From the NCBI RefSeq assembly GCF_000010065.1, contig NC_006576.1:1350001-1382000 (forward strand): a stretch of 32,000 nucleotides of DNA. The letters are read 5' to 3'. Every line of letters starts with the position of its first letter. Within the stretch, counting starts at the first letter, position 1. Position numbers and translations under genes: made by a program. Positions 8,246 through 16,787 of this stretch are shown here, piece by piece. A model generated the notes under the pieces. The model was not told where the DNA came from. It worked only from the letters and a program-made list of their open reading frames with translations, and did no database searches. This DNA is from Synechococcus elongatus PCC 6301. GTDB taxonomy: Bacteria > Cyanobacteriota > Cyanobacteriia > Synechococcales > Synechococcaceae.

Positions 8246-8498
8246 AACACCGCTCTACAATCACAGCCTGCCTGCGATCGAAACTTGGTTGCGGGATTTG
8301 GGCAGCATTCAGGATTTGGAAGCTCTCAACTGCTGGAGTCTTCGGCACACTGACTGGTCTGCCGAGATTGAGCTGGGGACGGATCAAATCGTGGTGTGTT
8401 ACCGATCGGCGGGCGAAGCAGGGCAGGATCTCACTCGCGCCTACAAATATTCCCTCAGCCGCGCTGATCTCGAAGCTGTGATCCTCGGTGGCCCCTAG
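8223..8498 (+). CDS. Small conserved cyanobacterial/plastid-lineage protein, probably DUF3143 family
   Basis: The internal ATG at 8223 gives a 91-aa product (MTTLPLPETPLYNHSLPAIETWLRDLG...). It overlaps the dnaJ-like stop by 23 nt. The family assignment is from memory only. Confidence 0.55.
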   Translation: MTTLPLPETPLYNHSLPAIETWLRDLGSIQDLEALNCWSLRHTDWSAEIELGTDQIVVCYRSAGEAGQDLTRAYKYSLSRADLEAVILGGP

Positions 8499-8510
8499 TC
8501 AGGTCTGGCA

Positions 8511-9266
8511 CTAGGTCAAGCGACCAAAGCGGCGTTGGCGACTTTGGAAATCGCGCAGGGCTAGGTAAAACTCGTAGCGATCGAAATCAGGCCAGAGTGT
8601 ATCGGTCACGTAGATTTCGGCATAGGCCAGTTGCCAGAGCAAGAAATTGCTCAGCCGTTTTTCGCCACTGGTTCGAATCAGGAGATCGGGATCGGTGACG
8701 CCGGCAGTGTAGAGATGACTGGAGAGGAGCGACTCGTCAATGGCATCGATCGCCAACTGGCCTTGCTGCACTTGGGCCGCAATCTCACGACAGGCTTTGA
8801 GGAGTTCTTGACGGCCGCCGTAGTTTGTCGCGACCGTGAAGCGAATTCCGTCATTTTGGGCTGTCGCTGAGGTCGCGCGATCGATTTCTCGTTGCAGCGA
8901 TGTCGGTAGATTCTCGAGGTCACCGACAAACCGAATGCGAACGTTTTCAGCCATTAACTCTTGAAGTTCGCGGCGCAAGACCCGCTCAAACAGAGTCATG
9001 AGAAAGTCAACCTCTTCGTGAGGTCTACCCCAGTTTTCTGTTGAGAATGCGTAGGCAGTCAGGGCGCCAATACCCCAGTCATCGCAACAGCGCAACAGCT
9101 GCTTGAGGGAGTCAACCCCGCGCCGGTGACCCATAATTCGTGGCAAGCCACGCTGCTTGGCCCAACGACCATTGCCGTCCATAATCACCGCGACGTGGCT
9201 AGGCAGGCGATCGGGGAGTAGGTCGGGCGGGCGCTGACGTAAATCGCAATTAGAGACAGAGGTCAT
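8511..9266 (-). CDS. uppS: Undecaprenyl diphosphate synthase (cis-isoprenyl transferase)
   Basis: [23 protein letters not shown] and [15 protein letters not shown] motifs. Its start overlaps the cdaA stop as ATGA. Confidence 0.92.
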   Translation of the reverse strand: MTSVSNCDLRQRPPDLLPDRLPSHVAVIMDGNGRWAKQRGLPRIMGHRRGVDSLKQLLRCCDDWGIGALTAYAFSTENWGRPHEEVDFLMTLFERVLRRELQELMAENVRIRFVGDLENLPTSLQREIDRATSATAQNDGIRFTVATNYGGRQELLKACREIAAQVQQGQLAIDAIDESLLSSHLYTAGVTDPDLLIRTSGEKRLSNFLLWQLAYAEIYVTDTLWPDFDRYEFYLALRDFQSRQRRFGRLT

Positions 9267-10183
9267 GGACGACCTCGGCGGGAACCCAAGAGATTGAGGT
9301 GTCGTAGAACCGAACGACTAGAGCTGTAAAGGTAGCGAGAGAGCGATCGCAAATCAGGAGCAATGACCTCCCGCTGGGCAGCAAGCGACATGCGCTCTTC
9401 CAACAATGCCTTGAGTTTACTACTAGTCAGCGGGCGATTCAGGATTCCTTGTTCTGCCAGCGAAATTGAACCCGTTTCTTCAGAAACCACGATGCAAATA
9501 CATTGATTCAGCCGCTCGGTAATTCCTAAAGCTGCACGGTGTCGCGTGCCCAGTCGTCGTGAAATAACCTGTTCTGACAAGGGCAGAATCACTCCTGCTG
9601 CAACCACCCGATTCTCGGAAATCAAGACTGCACCGTCATGGAGCTGTGTGCTGGTTTGAAAAATGGACTGGAGCAGCTCACTTGACACTTCGGCGTTGAG
9701 GCGCACCCCCAGAGAATTCACATCGCGATCATCGATGCTGGAGCCAGTCTCAATGACGATCAGGGCGCCAGTACGATTCTGGGAGAGTTCTTTGACAGCT
9801 TCAATAATCTCCTCAGCTACACCGCCAGCCCGAGGTTGCGATCGCGCATTCGGGCGGAATAACGCCGCAACTTCCCCCCGTCCTAACTGCTCCAAAAAGC
9901 GCCGGAATTCTGACTGCAGCAAGACTGCCATGGCTACAGCCGAGCCAATGACTAAGTTGTTGAGAACAAAGTTGAGCAGGGTGAGGTTGAGTCGACTGCT
10001 GATAGCCGCTGCCAACATTAGTACGATGAAGCCCCGCACCATCCAAAGGGTACGCCGCTCTCCGATCAACACCAAGATGACGTAGAAGAGGATGAGGACG
10101 AGGCTGATATCCAAGGCATTGCGCAGCAGCAGGCCGGAGCCGCTGCTAAGCCATGTTCCTGTCTGCGTCAGCCAGTCTCCCAT
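9263..10183 (-). CDS. cdaA: Membrane-bound diadenylate cyclase CdaA
   Basis: Three N-terminal hydrophobic helices followed by a DAC domain ([35 protein letters not shown]). Confidence 0.9.
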   Translation of the reverse strand: MGDWLTQTGTWLSSGSGLLLRNALDISLVLILFYVILVLIGERRTLWMVRGFIVLMLAAAISSRLNLTLLNFVLNNLVIGSAVAMAVLLQSEFRRFLEQLGRGEVAALFRPNARSQPRAGGVAEEIIEAVKELSQNRTGALIVIETGSSIDDRDVNSLGVRLNAEVSSELLQSIFQTSTQLHDGAVLISENRVVAAGVILPLSEQVISRRLGTRHRAALGITERLNQCICIVVSEETGSISLAEQGILNRPLTSSKLKALLEERMSLAAQREVIAPDLRSLSRYLYSSSRSVLRHLNLLGSRRGRP

Positions 10184-10262
10184 GCCCTTGCACCGTGAAT
10201 CTGCCCACCTGGGAGCTTGGCCCAGGGGTGATCGAAGTCAGCTGCGGCGCCAAATCTGTCGC

Positions 10263-11657
10263 CTAGGCTTGCAGCCCTACTGGTAACCGATCCTGTCGCA
10301 ACAAGTCTTGCAGAGACTCCCGCGCCAGAATGATTTGGGCTTCGCCATTGTTCACCAAAACTGCAGCGGGTCGCGCAATGCGGTTGTAATTCGAAGCCAT
10401 GCTGTAGTTGTAAGCCCCCGTCGCCAGCACGACGAGAATATCGCCGGGTTGACTGGGAGCCAACTCTGCGTCCTTGAGCAGGACATCACCAGACTCACAA
10501 TGCTTGCCAGCCACCGTCACGGTTTCGCGATCGCTCACGTTGAGGCGGTTGGCGATCACCGCTCGGTAAGTCGACTGGTAGGTGATTGGTCGAGGGTTGT
10601 CGGACATGCCGCCATCGACAGCCAGGTAAGTGCGGATTCCTGGTACTTCTTTGCGGCTGCCAATTTGGTAGGCCGTAACGCAGGCGGTACCAATTAGCGA
10701 TCGCCCTGGCTCACAGATCAACTTGGGCAACGGCAGGTCTGCGGCTTGGCAAGCTGCGACCAGACTTTCGCTCACCTGCCGCACCCATTCATCAATGCTT
10801 GGGGGATCATCCGACTCGGTGTAGCGAATTCCCAGACCCCCGCCCACGTTTAACTCAGCGATCGGCAAGCCCAAAGCCAGCGCTTTGGCATAGGCCCCGA
10901 CCAACACACCCGCCAAATCGGCATGGGGCTGGAGTTCAAAAATTTGCGAGCCGATGTGGGCATGCAGGCCAATGCAGCGGAGATAGGGCTGATCGACCAA
11001 GGCGGCTAGCAGCGCATCCAGCTGATCGGGATCGAAGCCAAACTTACTGTCAAGGTGCCCCGTCCGAATGTATTCGTGGGTGTGGCACTCAATGCCCGGC
11101 GTGAAGCGGATCATCACCCGCACTTCCCGCTGCTGCTCAGCGGCGATCGCCTCAAGGTTGCGCAGTTCTTGCCAGTTATCAACGACGATCGTGCAACCCG
11201 CTTCTACACCCATCGCCAATTCGCTCAGGGATTTGTTGTTGCCGTGGAAGTAGAGGCGATCGCTCGGGACACCTGCTTGCAGGGCCGTGTAGAGTTCACC
11301 TGCCGACACTACATCAATGCCCAGACCTTCCTGAGCAACCAAAGCGCAAACCGCTAGGCAATTCCAGGCCTTCGAGGCGTAGATCGGCAGGGCAGCACCG
11401 GGATAATGGTGCGCCAGCGCAGAACGATAGGATTGACAAGCGGCACGCAGCGTTTGCTCATCGAGGATATAGAGCGGAGAGCCATAGCGTTCCACCAAAT
11501 CTGAGACGCGGCAGCCACCCACTTCGAGCTGACCGTCTGCCGTCACACTCGCTGTCAACGGAAACAGATTTTGGTTGGGGGAGTTGGAGGGGCGATCGGT
11601 CCCAAACAAAGCCGGATACTGAGGATTTAACGAGGGCGCAGCTGGAGTGGAAACCAT
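10263..11657 (-). CDS. lysA: Diaminopimelate decarboxylase
   Basis: Fold-III PLP decarboxylase pattern (YASKAW, HAHIGSQI, EPGRSL, CESGD); 464 aa. Confidence 0.93.
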   Translation of the reverse strand: MVSTPAAPSLNPQYPALFGTDRPSNSPNQNLFPLTASVTADGQLEVGGCRVSDLVERYGSPLYILDEQTLRAACQSYRSALAHHYPGAALPIYASKAWNCLAVCALVAQEGLGIDVVSAGELYTALQAGVPSDRLYFHGNNKSLSELAMGVEAGCTIVVDNWQELRNLEAIAAEQQREVRVMIRFTPGIECHTHEYIRTGHLDSKFGFDPDQLDALLAALVDQPYLRCIGLHAHIGSQIFELQPHADLAGVLVGAYAKALALGLPIAELNVGGGLGIRYTESDDPPSIDEWVRQVSESLVAACQAADLPLPKLICEPGRSLIGTACVTAYQIGSRKEVPGIRTYLAVDGGMSDNPRPITYQSTYRAVIANRLNVSDRETVTVAGKHCESGDVLLKDAELAPSQPGDILVVLATGAYNYSMASNYNRIARPAAVLVNNGEAQIILARESLQDLLRQDRLPVGLQA

Positions 11658-11704
11658 CGGACGCGTCCAAGACCTATATATATGTAAGTTGCCTGTCTTT
11701 ATCA

Positions 11705-12304
11705 GTGTACGATCCTGCGCCGCTCTGCCTCAGCCCGCTGGCCCTCGATCAGGTCGAGGCGGCCCGTCACTTGGATGAGCAGACCCTTGGCGGCTTTTGG
11801 GCGATCGAAGCTGACCGGCGGGAGGTTGAGAGCGACCCCAGTGATCTCTTGGGGCTCTGGCAGGGAGCCCACTTGATCGGCTTGGGTTGTAGCTGGACGA
11901 TCGTCGATGAAGCTCACATCACCTTGCTGGCGATCGCCCCCTCCCACCAGCAGCAAGGGCTGGGCGGTTTCTTATTGTTGGCGTTACTGCAAGCGGCGAT
12001 TCGTCGAGATATGGCTTGGGCGACATTGGAAGTGCGAGTCTCTAATCAAGTCGCGATCGCGCTTTACCAAAGCTTGGGTTTTCAAGAGGTCGGTCAGCGC
12101 CCCAGCTATTACGCCGATACTGGCGAAGCTGCTCGGATTCTCTGGTTGAAAGGCCTGAGAGAAAACTCCGTGCAAGAGGCGATCGCCCAGCAGTGGAAAG
12201 CACGGCAACAGCGTCTGAATCGGCAGGGTTGGCAGCTACAACTACCGATGCAGTTGGCTACAGCTTGCACCGAAGATCCCGACCCTTTAGCCACCACTGG
12301 CTAA
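11705..12304 (+). CDS. rimI: GNAT acetyltransferase, ribosomal-protein-alanine N-acetyltransferase-like
   Basis: Acetyl-CoA binding motif QQQGLGGFLL and LEVRVSNQVAIALYQSLGF. The start is a GTG at 11705. Confidence 0.75.
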   Translation: MYDPAPLCLSPLALDQVEAARHLDEQTLGGFWAIEADRREVESDPSDLLGLWQGAHLIGLGCSWTIVDEAHITLLAIAPSHQQQGLGGFLLLALLQAAIRRDMAWATLEVRVSNQVAIALYQSLGFQEVGQRPSYYADTGEAARILWLKGLRENSVQEAIAQQWKARQQRLNRQGWQLQLPMQLATACTEDPDPLATTG

Positions 12305-12409
12305 CCCTAGAAACAAGAGGTGTGGATCACCGACCCAAACCGAAGAGCGATCGCGCCAAACCCCTATGCTGGAGCGGGTTTTGAGCATTCCGGCCCAATC
12401 AAATGCCTG

Positions 12410-12418
12410 TGCTAGAAT
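12410..12418 (+). promoter_or_regulatory. Predicted extended -10 element (TGCTAGAAT) for clpC
   Basis: TGnTAGAAT lies about 30 nt upstream of the clpC ATG at 12448. There is no good -35. This is a sequence-only prediction. Confidence 0.35.
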
Positions 12419-12447
12419 CGGCCTACCGGCACGCAGGCAGGGAAGCT

Positions 12448-14922
12448 ATGTTTGAACGCTTTACCGAGAAAGCCATTAAGGTCATCATGCTGGCTCAGGA
12501 GGAAGCGCGTCGCCTGGGTCATAACTTCGTCGGCACCGAGCAAATTTTGCTAGGCCTCATCGGTGAAGGCACCGGCGTTGCCGCCAAAGTTTTGAAATCG
12601 ATGGGTGTCAACCTTAAGGATGCTCGCATCGAGGTTGAAAAAATCATTGGCCGTGGCTCGGGTTTTGTCGCCGCTGAGATTCCGTTTACTCCTCGCGCCA
12701 AGCGAGTCCTGGAACTCTCACTGGAAGAAGCGCGGCAACTGGGCCACAACTACATCGGCACTGAGCACCTCTTGCTTGGACTGATTCGGGAAGGTGAAGG
12801 CGTTGCGGCCCGTGTTCTCGAAAACTTGGGCGTTGATCTTTCAAAAGTACGGACCCAAGTCATCCGCATGCTCGGCGAGACGGCTGAAGTCTCAACGGGT
12901 GGCGGTCAAGGTCGCACCAAAACGCCAACCTTGGATGAATTTGGCTCCAATCTGACCCAGCAGGCTGCCGACGGCAAGCTGGATCCGGTGGTGGGTCGCC
13001 AAAAAGAAATTGAGCGGGTGATCCAAATTCTCGGCCGCCGCACCAAGAATAACCCTGTGCTGATTGGGGAACCGGGCGTCGGTAAAACTGCGATCGCGGA
13101 AGGCTTGGCCCAGCGCATTGCCACCGGCGATATTCCCGACATTCTGGAAGACAAGCGCGTTGTCACCCTTGATATTGGTCTGCTGGTTGCGGGCACCAAG
13201 TATCGCGGTGAGTTCGAAGAACGCCTCAAGAAAATCATGGACGAGATCCGCTCGGCGGGGGACGTCATCTTGGTGATTGACGAGGTTCACACCCTGATTG
13301 GTGCCGGCGCCGCTGAAGGTGCGATTGATGCGGCCAACATCCTCAAGCCAGCTTTGGCACGGGGTGAGCTGCAGTGCATCGGTGCAACCACACTGGATGA
13401 ATACCGCAAGCACATCGAGCGCGATGCCGCCCTAGAACGCCGCTTCCAGCCGGTGATGGTCGGTGAGCCCAGCGTCGATGACACGATCGAAATCCTGCGC
13501 GGTCTGCGTGAGCGCTACGAGCAGCACCACAAGCTAAAAATTGCCGATGAAGCGTTGGAAGCAGCTGCCAAGCTGGCCGATCGCTACATCAGCGATCGCT
13601 TCCTACCCGACAAGGCGATCGACTTAATCGACGAAGCGGGTTCGCGGGTTCGCCTGATGAACTCGCAACTGCCTCCGGCTGCTAAAGAGTTGGATAAAGA
13701 GCTGCGTCAAGTCCTTAAGGACAAAGATGACGCCGTTCGCTCCCAGGACTTTGATAAGGCTGGGGAACTGCGCGATCGCGAAATGGAAATCAAAACCCAA
13801 ATTCGCTCGATCGCTCAAAGCAAGAAGGCCGACGGTACCAGCAGCACGGATGATTCACCGATCGTCACCGAAGAGGACATCGCTCACATCGTTGCCTCTT
13901 GGACGGGCGTGCCGGTCAACAAGCTGACCGAGTCGGAATCGACCAAGCTGCTGAACATGGAGGAAACCCTCCACAGCCGCTTGATTGGTCAGGACGAAGC
14001 CGTGAAAGCGGTGTCGCGGGCCATCCGTCGTGCACGTGTCGGCCTGAAAAATCCCAACCGTCCGATCGCCAGCTTCATCTTTAGTGGTCCCACCGGCGTC
14101 GGTAAGACTGAGCTGACCAAAGCCTTGGCGGCCTACTTCTTCGGCAGCGAAGAAGCCATGATCCGGCTTGATATGTCGGAGTACATGGAGCGCCACACGG
14201 TCAGCAAGCTGATCGGTTCGCCTCCAGGCTACGTTGGCTACAACGAAGGCGGCCAACTAACCGAGGCCGTGCGTCGTCGTCCCTATACTGTCGTCTTGCT
14301 GGACGAGATCGAGAAAGCCCATCCCGATGTCCTCAACCTGCTCTTGCAGTTGCTCGAGGACGGTCGTCTGACTGATGCCAAAGGTCGGACCGTGGACTTC
14401 AAAAACACCCTGATCATTCTGACTTCGAACATTGGCTCGAAGGTGATTGAGAAAGGCGGCGGCGGTCTCGGGTTTGAATTCTCTGGTGTCGATGAGGCTG
14501 AAAACCAGTACAACCGCATTCGCTCCCTAGTGAATGAGGAACTGAAGCAATACTTCCGTCCTGAGTTTCTGAACCGTCTCGACGAAATCATCGTCTTCTG
14601 TCAGCTCAACAAGGAAGAAGTCAAAGAAATCGCCGACATCATGTTGCGCGAAGTCTTCGGTCGGATGCTCGAGAAAGGCATCAGCCTCTCAGTTACCGAG
14701 AAGTTCAAAGACCGCTTGGTGGAAGAGGGCTACAACCCCAGCTACGGGGCTCGTCCCCTCCGTCGGGCAATCATGCGCCTGCTCGAAGATTCCTTGGCGG
14801 AGGAGTTCCTCTCCGGCAAACTGCGGGAAGGTGACACCGCCGTCGTTGACATTGGTGAAGAGGGCAAGGTTCAAGTTCTTGCGCAAGAGAAGCGTGAGCT
14901 ACTGCCTCAAGCCGTTGACTAA
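12448..14922 (+). CDS. clpC: ATP-dependent Clp protease ATP-binding subunit ClpC
   Basis: Canonical start [37 protein letters not shown], two Clp_N repeats, a UVR-like linker, and two AAA+ modules ([16 protein letters not shown]). The ORF-track start at 12403 would place the -10 box inside the coding sequence. Confidence 0.95.
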   Translation: MFERFTEKAIKVIMLAQEEARRLGHNFVGTEQILLGLIGEGTGVAAKVLKSMGVNLKDARIEVEKIIGRGSGFVAAEIPFTPRAKRVLELSLEEARQLGHNYIGTEHLLLGLIREGEGVAARVLENLGVDLSKVRTQVIRMLGETAEVSTGGGQGRTKTPTLDEFGSNLTQQAADGKLDPVVGRQKEIERVIQILGRRTKNNPVLIGEPGVGKTAIAEGLAQRIATGDIPDILEDKRVVTLDIGLLVAGTKYRGEFEERLKKIMDEIRSAGDVILVIDEVHTLIGAGAAEGAIDAANILKPALARGELQCIGATTLDEYRKHIERDAALERRFQPVMVGEPSVDDTIEILRGLRERYEQHHKLKIADEALEAAAKLADRYISDRFLPDKAIDLIDEAGSRVRLMNSQLPPAAKELDKELRQVLKDKDDAVRSQDFDKAGELRDREMEIKTQIRSIAQSKKADGTSSTDDSPIVTEEDIAHIVASWTGVPVNKLTESESTKLLNMEETLHSRLIGQDEAVKAVSRAIRRARVGLKNPNRPIASFIFSGPTGVGKTELTKALAAYFFGSEEAMIRLDMSEYMERHTVSKLIGSPPGYVGYNEGGQLTEAVRRRPYTVVLLDEIEKAHPDVLNLLLQLLEDGRLTDAKGRTVDFKNTLIILTSNIGSKVIEKGGGGLGFEFSGVDEAENQYNRIRSLVNEELKQYFRPEFLNRLDEIIVFCQLNKEEVKEIADIMLREVFGRMLEKGISLSVTEKFKDRLVEEGYNPSYGARPLRRAIMRLLEDSLAEEFLSGKLREGDTAVVDIGEEGKVQVLAQEKRELLPQAVD

Positions 14923-14954
14923 GTCTGTGAAGTTGATCAGTTGTTGATTCACTA

Positions 14955-14988
14955 AGGTCTATCCAAAGTTCTGGATAGACCTTTTTTC
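14955..14988 (+). terminator. Rho-independent terminator of clpC
   Basis: Perfect 11-bp stem AGGTCTATCCA/TGGATAGACCT with a 6-nt loop, followed by a T-run. Confidence 0.8.
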
Positions 14989-15004
14989 TGTGCGCAATCA
15001 GCGA

Positions 15005-15041
15005 TCGCAAAAAACAACCTCTCCAAGCCGAGAGGTTGTTT
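15005..15041 (-). terminator. Rho-independent terminator of the minus-strand gene ending at 15077
   Basis: 11-bp stem AAACAACCTCT/AGAGGTTGTTT with an 8-nt loop. On the minus strand the stem runs into TTTTTT. Confidence 0.7.
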
Positions 15042-15076
15042 GAGCTTCAATTGTTAGCAACACTCAGAGAATTGCT

Positions 15077-15409
15077 TTAGCGACGAACAACTTCACTGGC
15101 GATTTGGACAAAGGGATCAAGGCTTGGCCCCGGCAGACGACGACCCGTATTGATCGTTGGCACGCTGAGGTCAGCAGCAAAGGTGACGTTAGGAATTTCT
15201 TTGGCTGGCGTCTCCTCTGCCACAGGTTCGGGGGCAGGAGTAGCAGCGGGTTCAGGCGTCGCTACTCCTGCTGCTGCAGTCGGTGTTTCTACAGCTGCTG
15301 CAACCGGAGTAACGGCGGTTTCCACAGCAGCAGTTTCGGTGCTGGCAGCACTTGAATCAATTTCAAGAAAGAATTTTTCTTTTTTGCCGAATAGTTTGTC
15401 GAGGACCAT
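15077..15409 (-). CDS. Uncharacterised low-complexity Pro/Ala/Thr/Glu-rich protein (110 aa)
   Basis: ATG at 15409 (MVLDKLFGKKEKFFLEID...) with AGGAG 11 nt upstream. The ORF-track start at 15430 is a TTG. The gene is flanked by its own predicted promoter and terminator. Confidence 0.6.
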   Translation of the reverse strand: MVLDKLFGKKEKFFLEIDSSAASTETAAVETAVTPVAAAVETPTAAAGVATPEPAATPAPEPVAEETPAKEIPNVTFAADLSVPTINTGRRLPGPSLDPFVQIASEVVRR

Positions 15410-15452
15410 AGAACTTTCTGCTCCTGTCAATTGATCACTGCCACGCAGCCTG

Positions 15453-15482
15453 ATTATCGAACCCGCGATCGCGTCGCTTCAA
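15453..15482 (-). promoter_or_regulatory. Predicted sigma70-type promoter (-35 TTGAAG, 18-nt spacer, -10 GATAAT) for the 15409 gene
   Basis: Read on the minus strand: TTGAAG cgacgcgatcgcgggttc GATAAT, ending about 44 nt upstream of the ATG. Confidence 0.4.
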
Positions 15483-15498
15483 GACTCTTATCAGTTTC

Positions 15499-15516
15499 GT
15501 TACATCTGTTTACATC
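15499..15516 (+). promoter_or_regulatory. HLR1-like direct repeat (candidate RpaB binding site): GTTACATC TG TTTACATC
   Basis: Matches the published HLR1 consensus (G/T)TTACA(T/A)(T/A)NN(G/T)TTACA(T/A)(T/A) at 14 of 16 specified positions. Both mismatches are at the last base of a half-site. Confidence 0.55.
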
Positions 15517-15548
15517 TAGACTAAAGAGCTATCAAGGGAGTTAAACAC

Positions 15549-15989
15549 CTAAGCGCCAGTGGAATCCCCAACTAGGGCAAAGTCTTGAGCGCCAAAAATT
15601 GCCTCCGGGTGCCGATAGAACTTAAATTCCAGCAAGTTGTGGAAGGGATCTTCAAGGAAAAAAGTCCGGTGTTCTAACAAGCTGTCAGGGAAGCGCAACC
15701 GTGCCGGTTGATAAAAGCTGAGATTCTGCTGCTGGGCGCGATCGAGCAAGGCATCCCAATCCACTTCATCAGTAAAAACCAGCCCAAAGTGACGCGGATA
15801 AATGCCATTCTGTGGCGTCAGGGGCGATCGGCTCAGGTGAGCGACAATTTGGTGGCCTGCTAGATCCAAAATGAGCGAGGTCGGCGACCCTCGTCCGGCA
15901 CGACAGCCCAAACCCTGCACATAAAATTGCTTAGTCAGGGCAAGATCACTGACCGGAAATGCCAAGTGAAAAAGAGCGGCAGCCATCAT
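15549..15989 (-). CDS. VOC (glyoxalase/bleomycin-resistance/dioxygenase) family protein
   Basis: FHLAFPVSDLALTKQFYVQGLG at the N-terminus, a second beta-alpha-beta-beta-beta module, and DPFHNLLEF at the C-terminus. Confidence 0.75.
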   Translation of the reverse strand: MMAAALFHLAFPVSDLALTKQFYVQGLGCRAGRGSPTSLILDLAGHQIVAHLSRSPLTPQNGIYPRHFGLVFTDEVDWDALLDRAQQQNLSFYQPARLRFPDSLLEHRTFFLEDPFHNLLEFKFYRHPEAIFGAQDFALVGDSTGA

Positions 15990-16037
15990 CGGTTGCTGTC
16001 AAAGTTTTGCCCTTCATCCTAGCGATCGCCCCTAACC

Positions 16038-16787
16038 ATGACACTGCTTGAGACGGAACTCGACTGGCTGACTGCGATCGCAATCAACGGAGTATTACTG
16101 GCCTTCGGGCTGCGATCGCGGGCAAAATTACTGACCCGTGAAGGTTACCTCCATGCGGCATTTCTGGGCGTATTGATTTGGGGCAGCTTGCAGGCAGCGG
16201 GCTACATTTTGGTCCTGCTCTACCTAGGGATTGGCTCACTCTTGACCCGCTGGGGCAAAGCTCGCAAAGAGGCGGCCGGCATTGCGGAAGCAAGGGAAGG
16301 TAAGCGTGGCCCTGAAAATGTCTGGGGCTCTGCGTTGATCGGCACAGCAGCCGCACTTGCAGCTTGGTACTGGCAGGATTGGCCAGCGATCGCCGACTTA
16401 GCAAAACTCGCTTTCGTCGCTAGCTTCGCCACCAAGTTGGCGGATACAGCAGGGAGTGAAGTCGGCAAAGCCTTCGGCAAACGCACATTTTTGATCACAA
16501 CCCTACGACCAGTGCCAGCTGGAACCGAAGGCGCAGTCAGCTTAGAAGGAACTGTTGCAGGTTTGGTTGCAGCCCTAGTGATGGCTAGTTTTGGCTGGCT
16601 GTTTGGCCTGATCTCTACCACTGCGATTGCAATTTGTGTCCTCGCCGCCTTGATTGGCACCACGGCTGAAAGCTGGATTGGTGCGACCTTCCAAACCCGT
16701 TGGCAGTGGCTTAGTAATGAACTGGTCAACGTCATCAATACGCTGATTGGTGCGATCGCAGCCATGCTGCTGGACCTGCTGATTTAG
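16038..16787 (+). CDS. DUF92/TMEM19-family integral membrane protein (family of the plant phytyl-phosphate kinase VTE6)
   Basis: Polytopic membrane protein of 249 aa with KLADTAGSEVGK and GTEGAVSLEGT motifs typical of DUF92. Confidence 0.75.
   Translation: MTLLETELDWLTAIAINGVLLAFGLRSRAKLLTREGYLHAAFLGVLIWGSLQAAGYILVLLYLGIGSLLTRWGKARKEAAGIAEAREGKRGPENVWGSALIGTAAALAAWYWQDWPAIADLAKLAFVASFATKLADTAGSEVGKAFGKRTFLITTLRPVPAGTEGAVSLEGTVAGLVAALVMASFGWLFGLISTTAIAICVLAALIGTTAESWIGATFQTRWQWLSNELVNVINTLIGAIAAMLLDLLI

Noticed and set aside
12519-14886. Minus-strand ORFs (65-173 aa) antisense to clpC
   Set aside because: Shadow ORFs inside a strongly supported gene, with no RBS or recognisable domains.
16084-16765. 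106-aa and 181-aa minus-strand ORFs antisense to the DUF92 membrane protein gene
   Set aside because: Shadow ORFs. The plus-strand product has a coherent multi-TM profile and family motifs.
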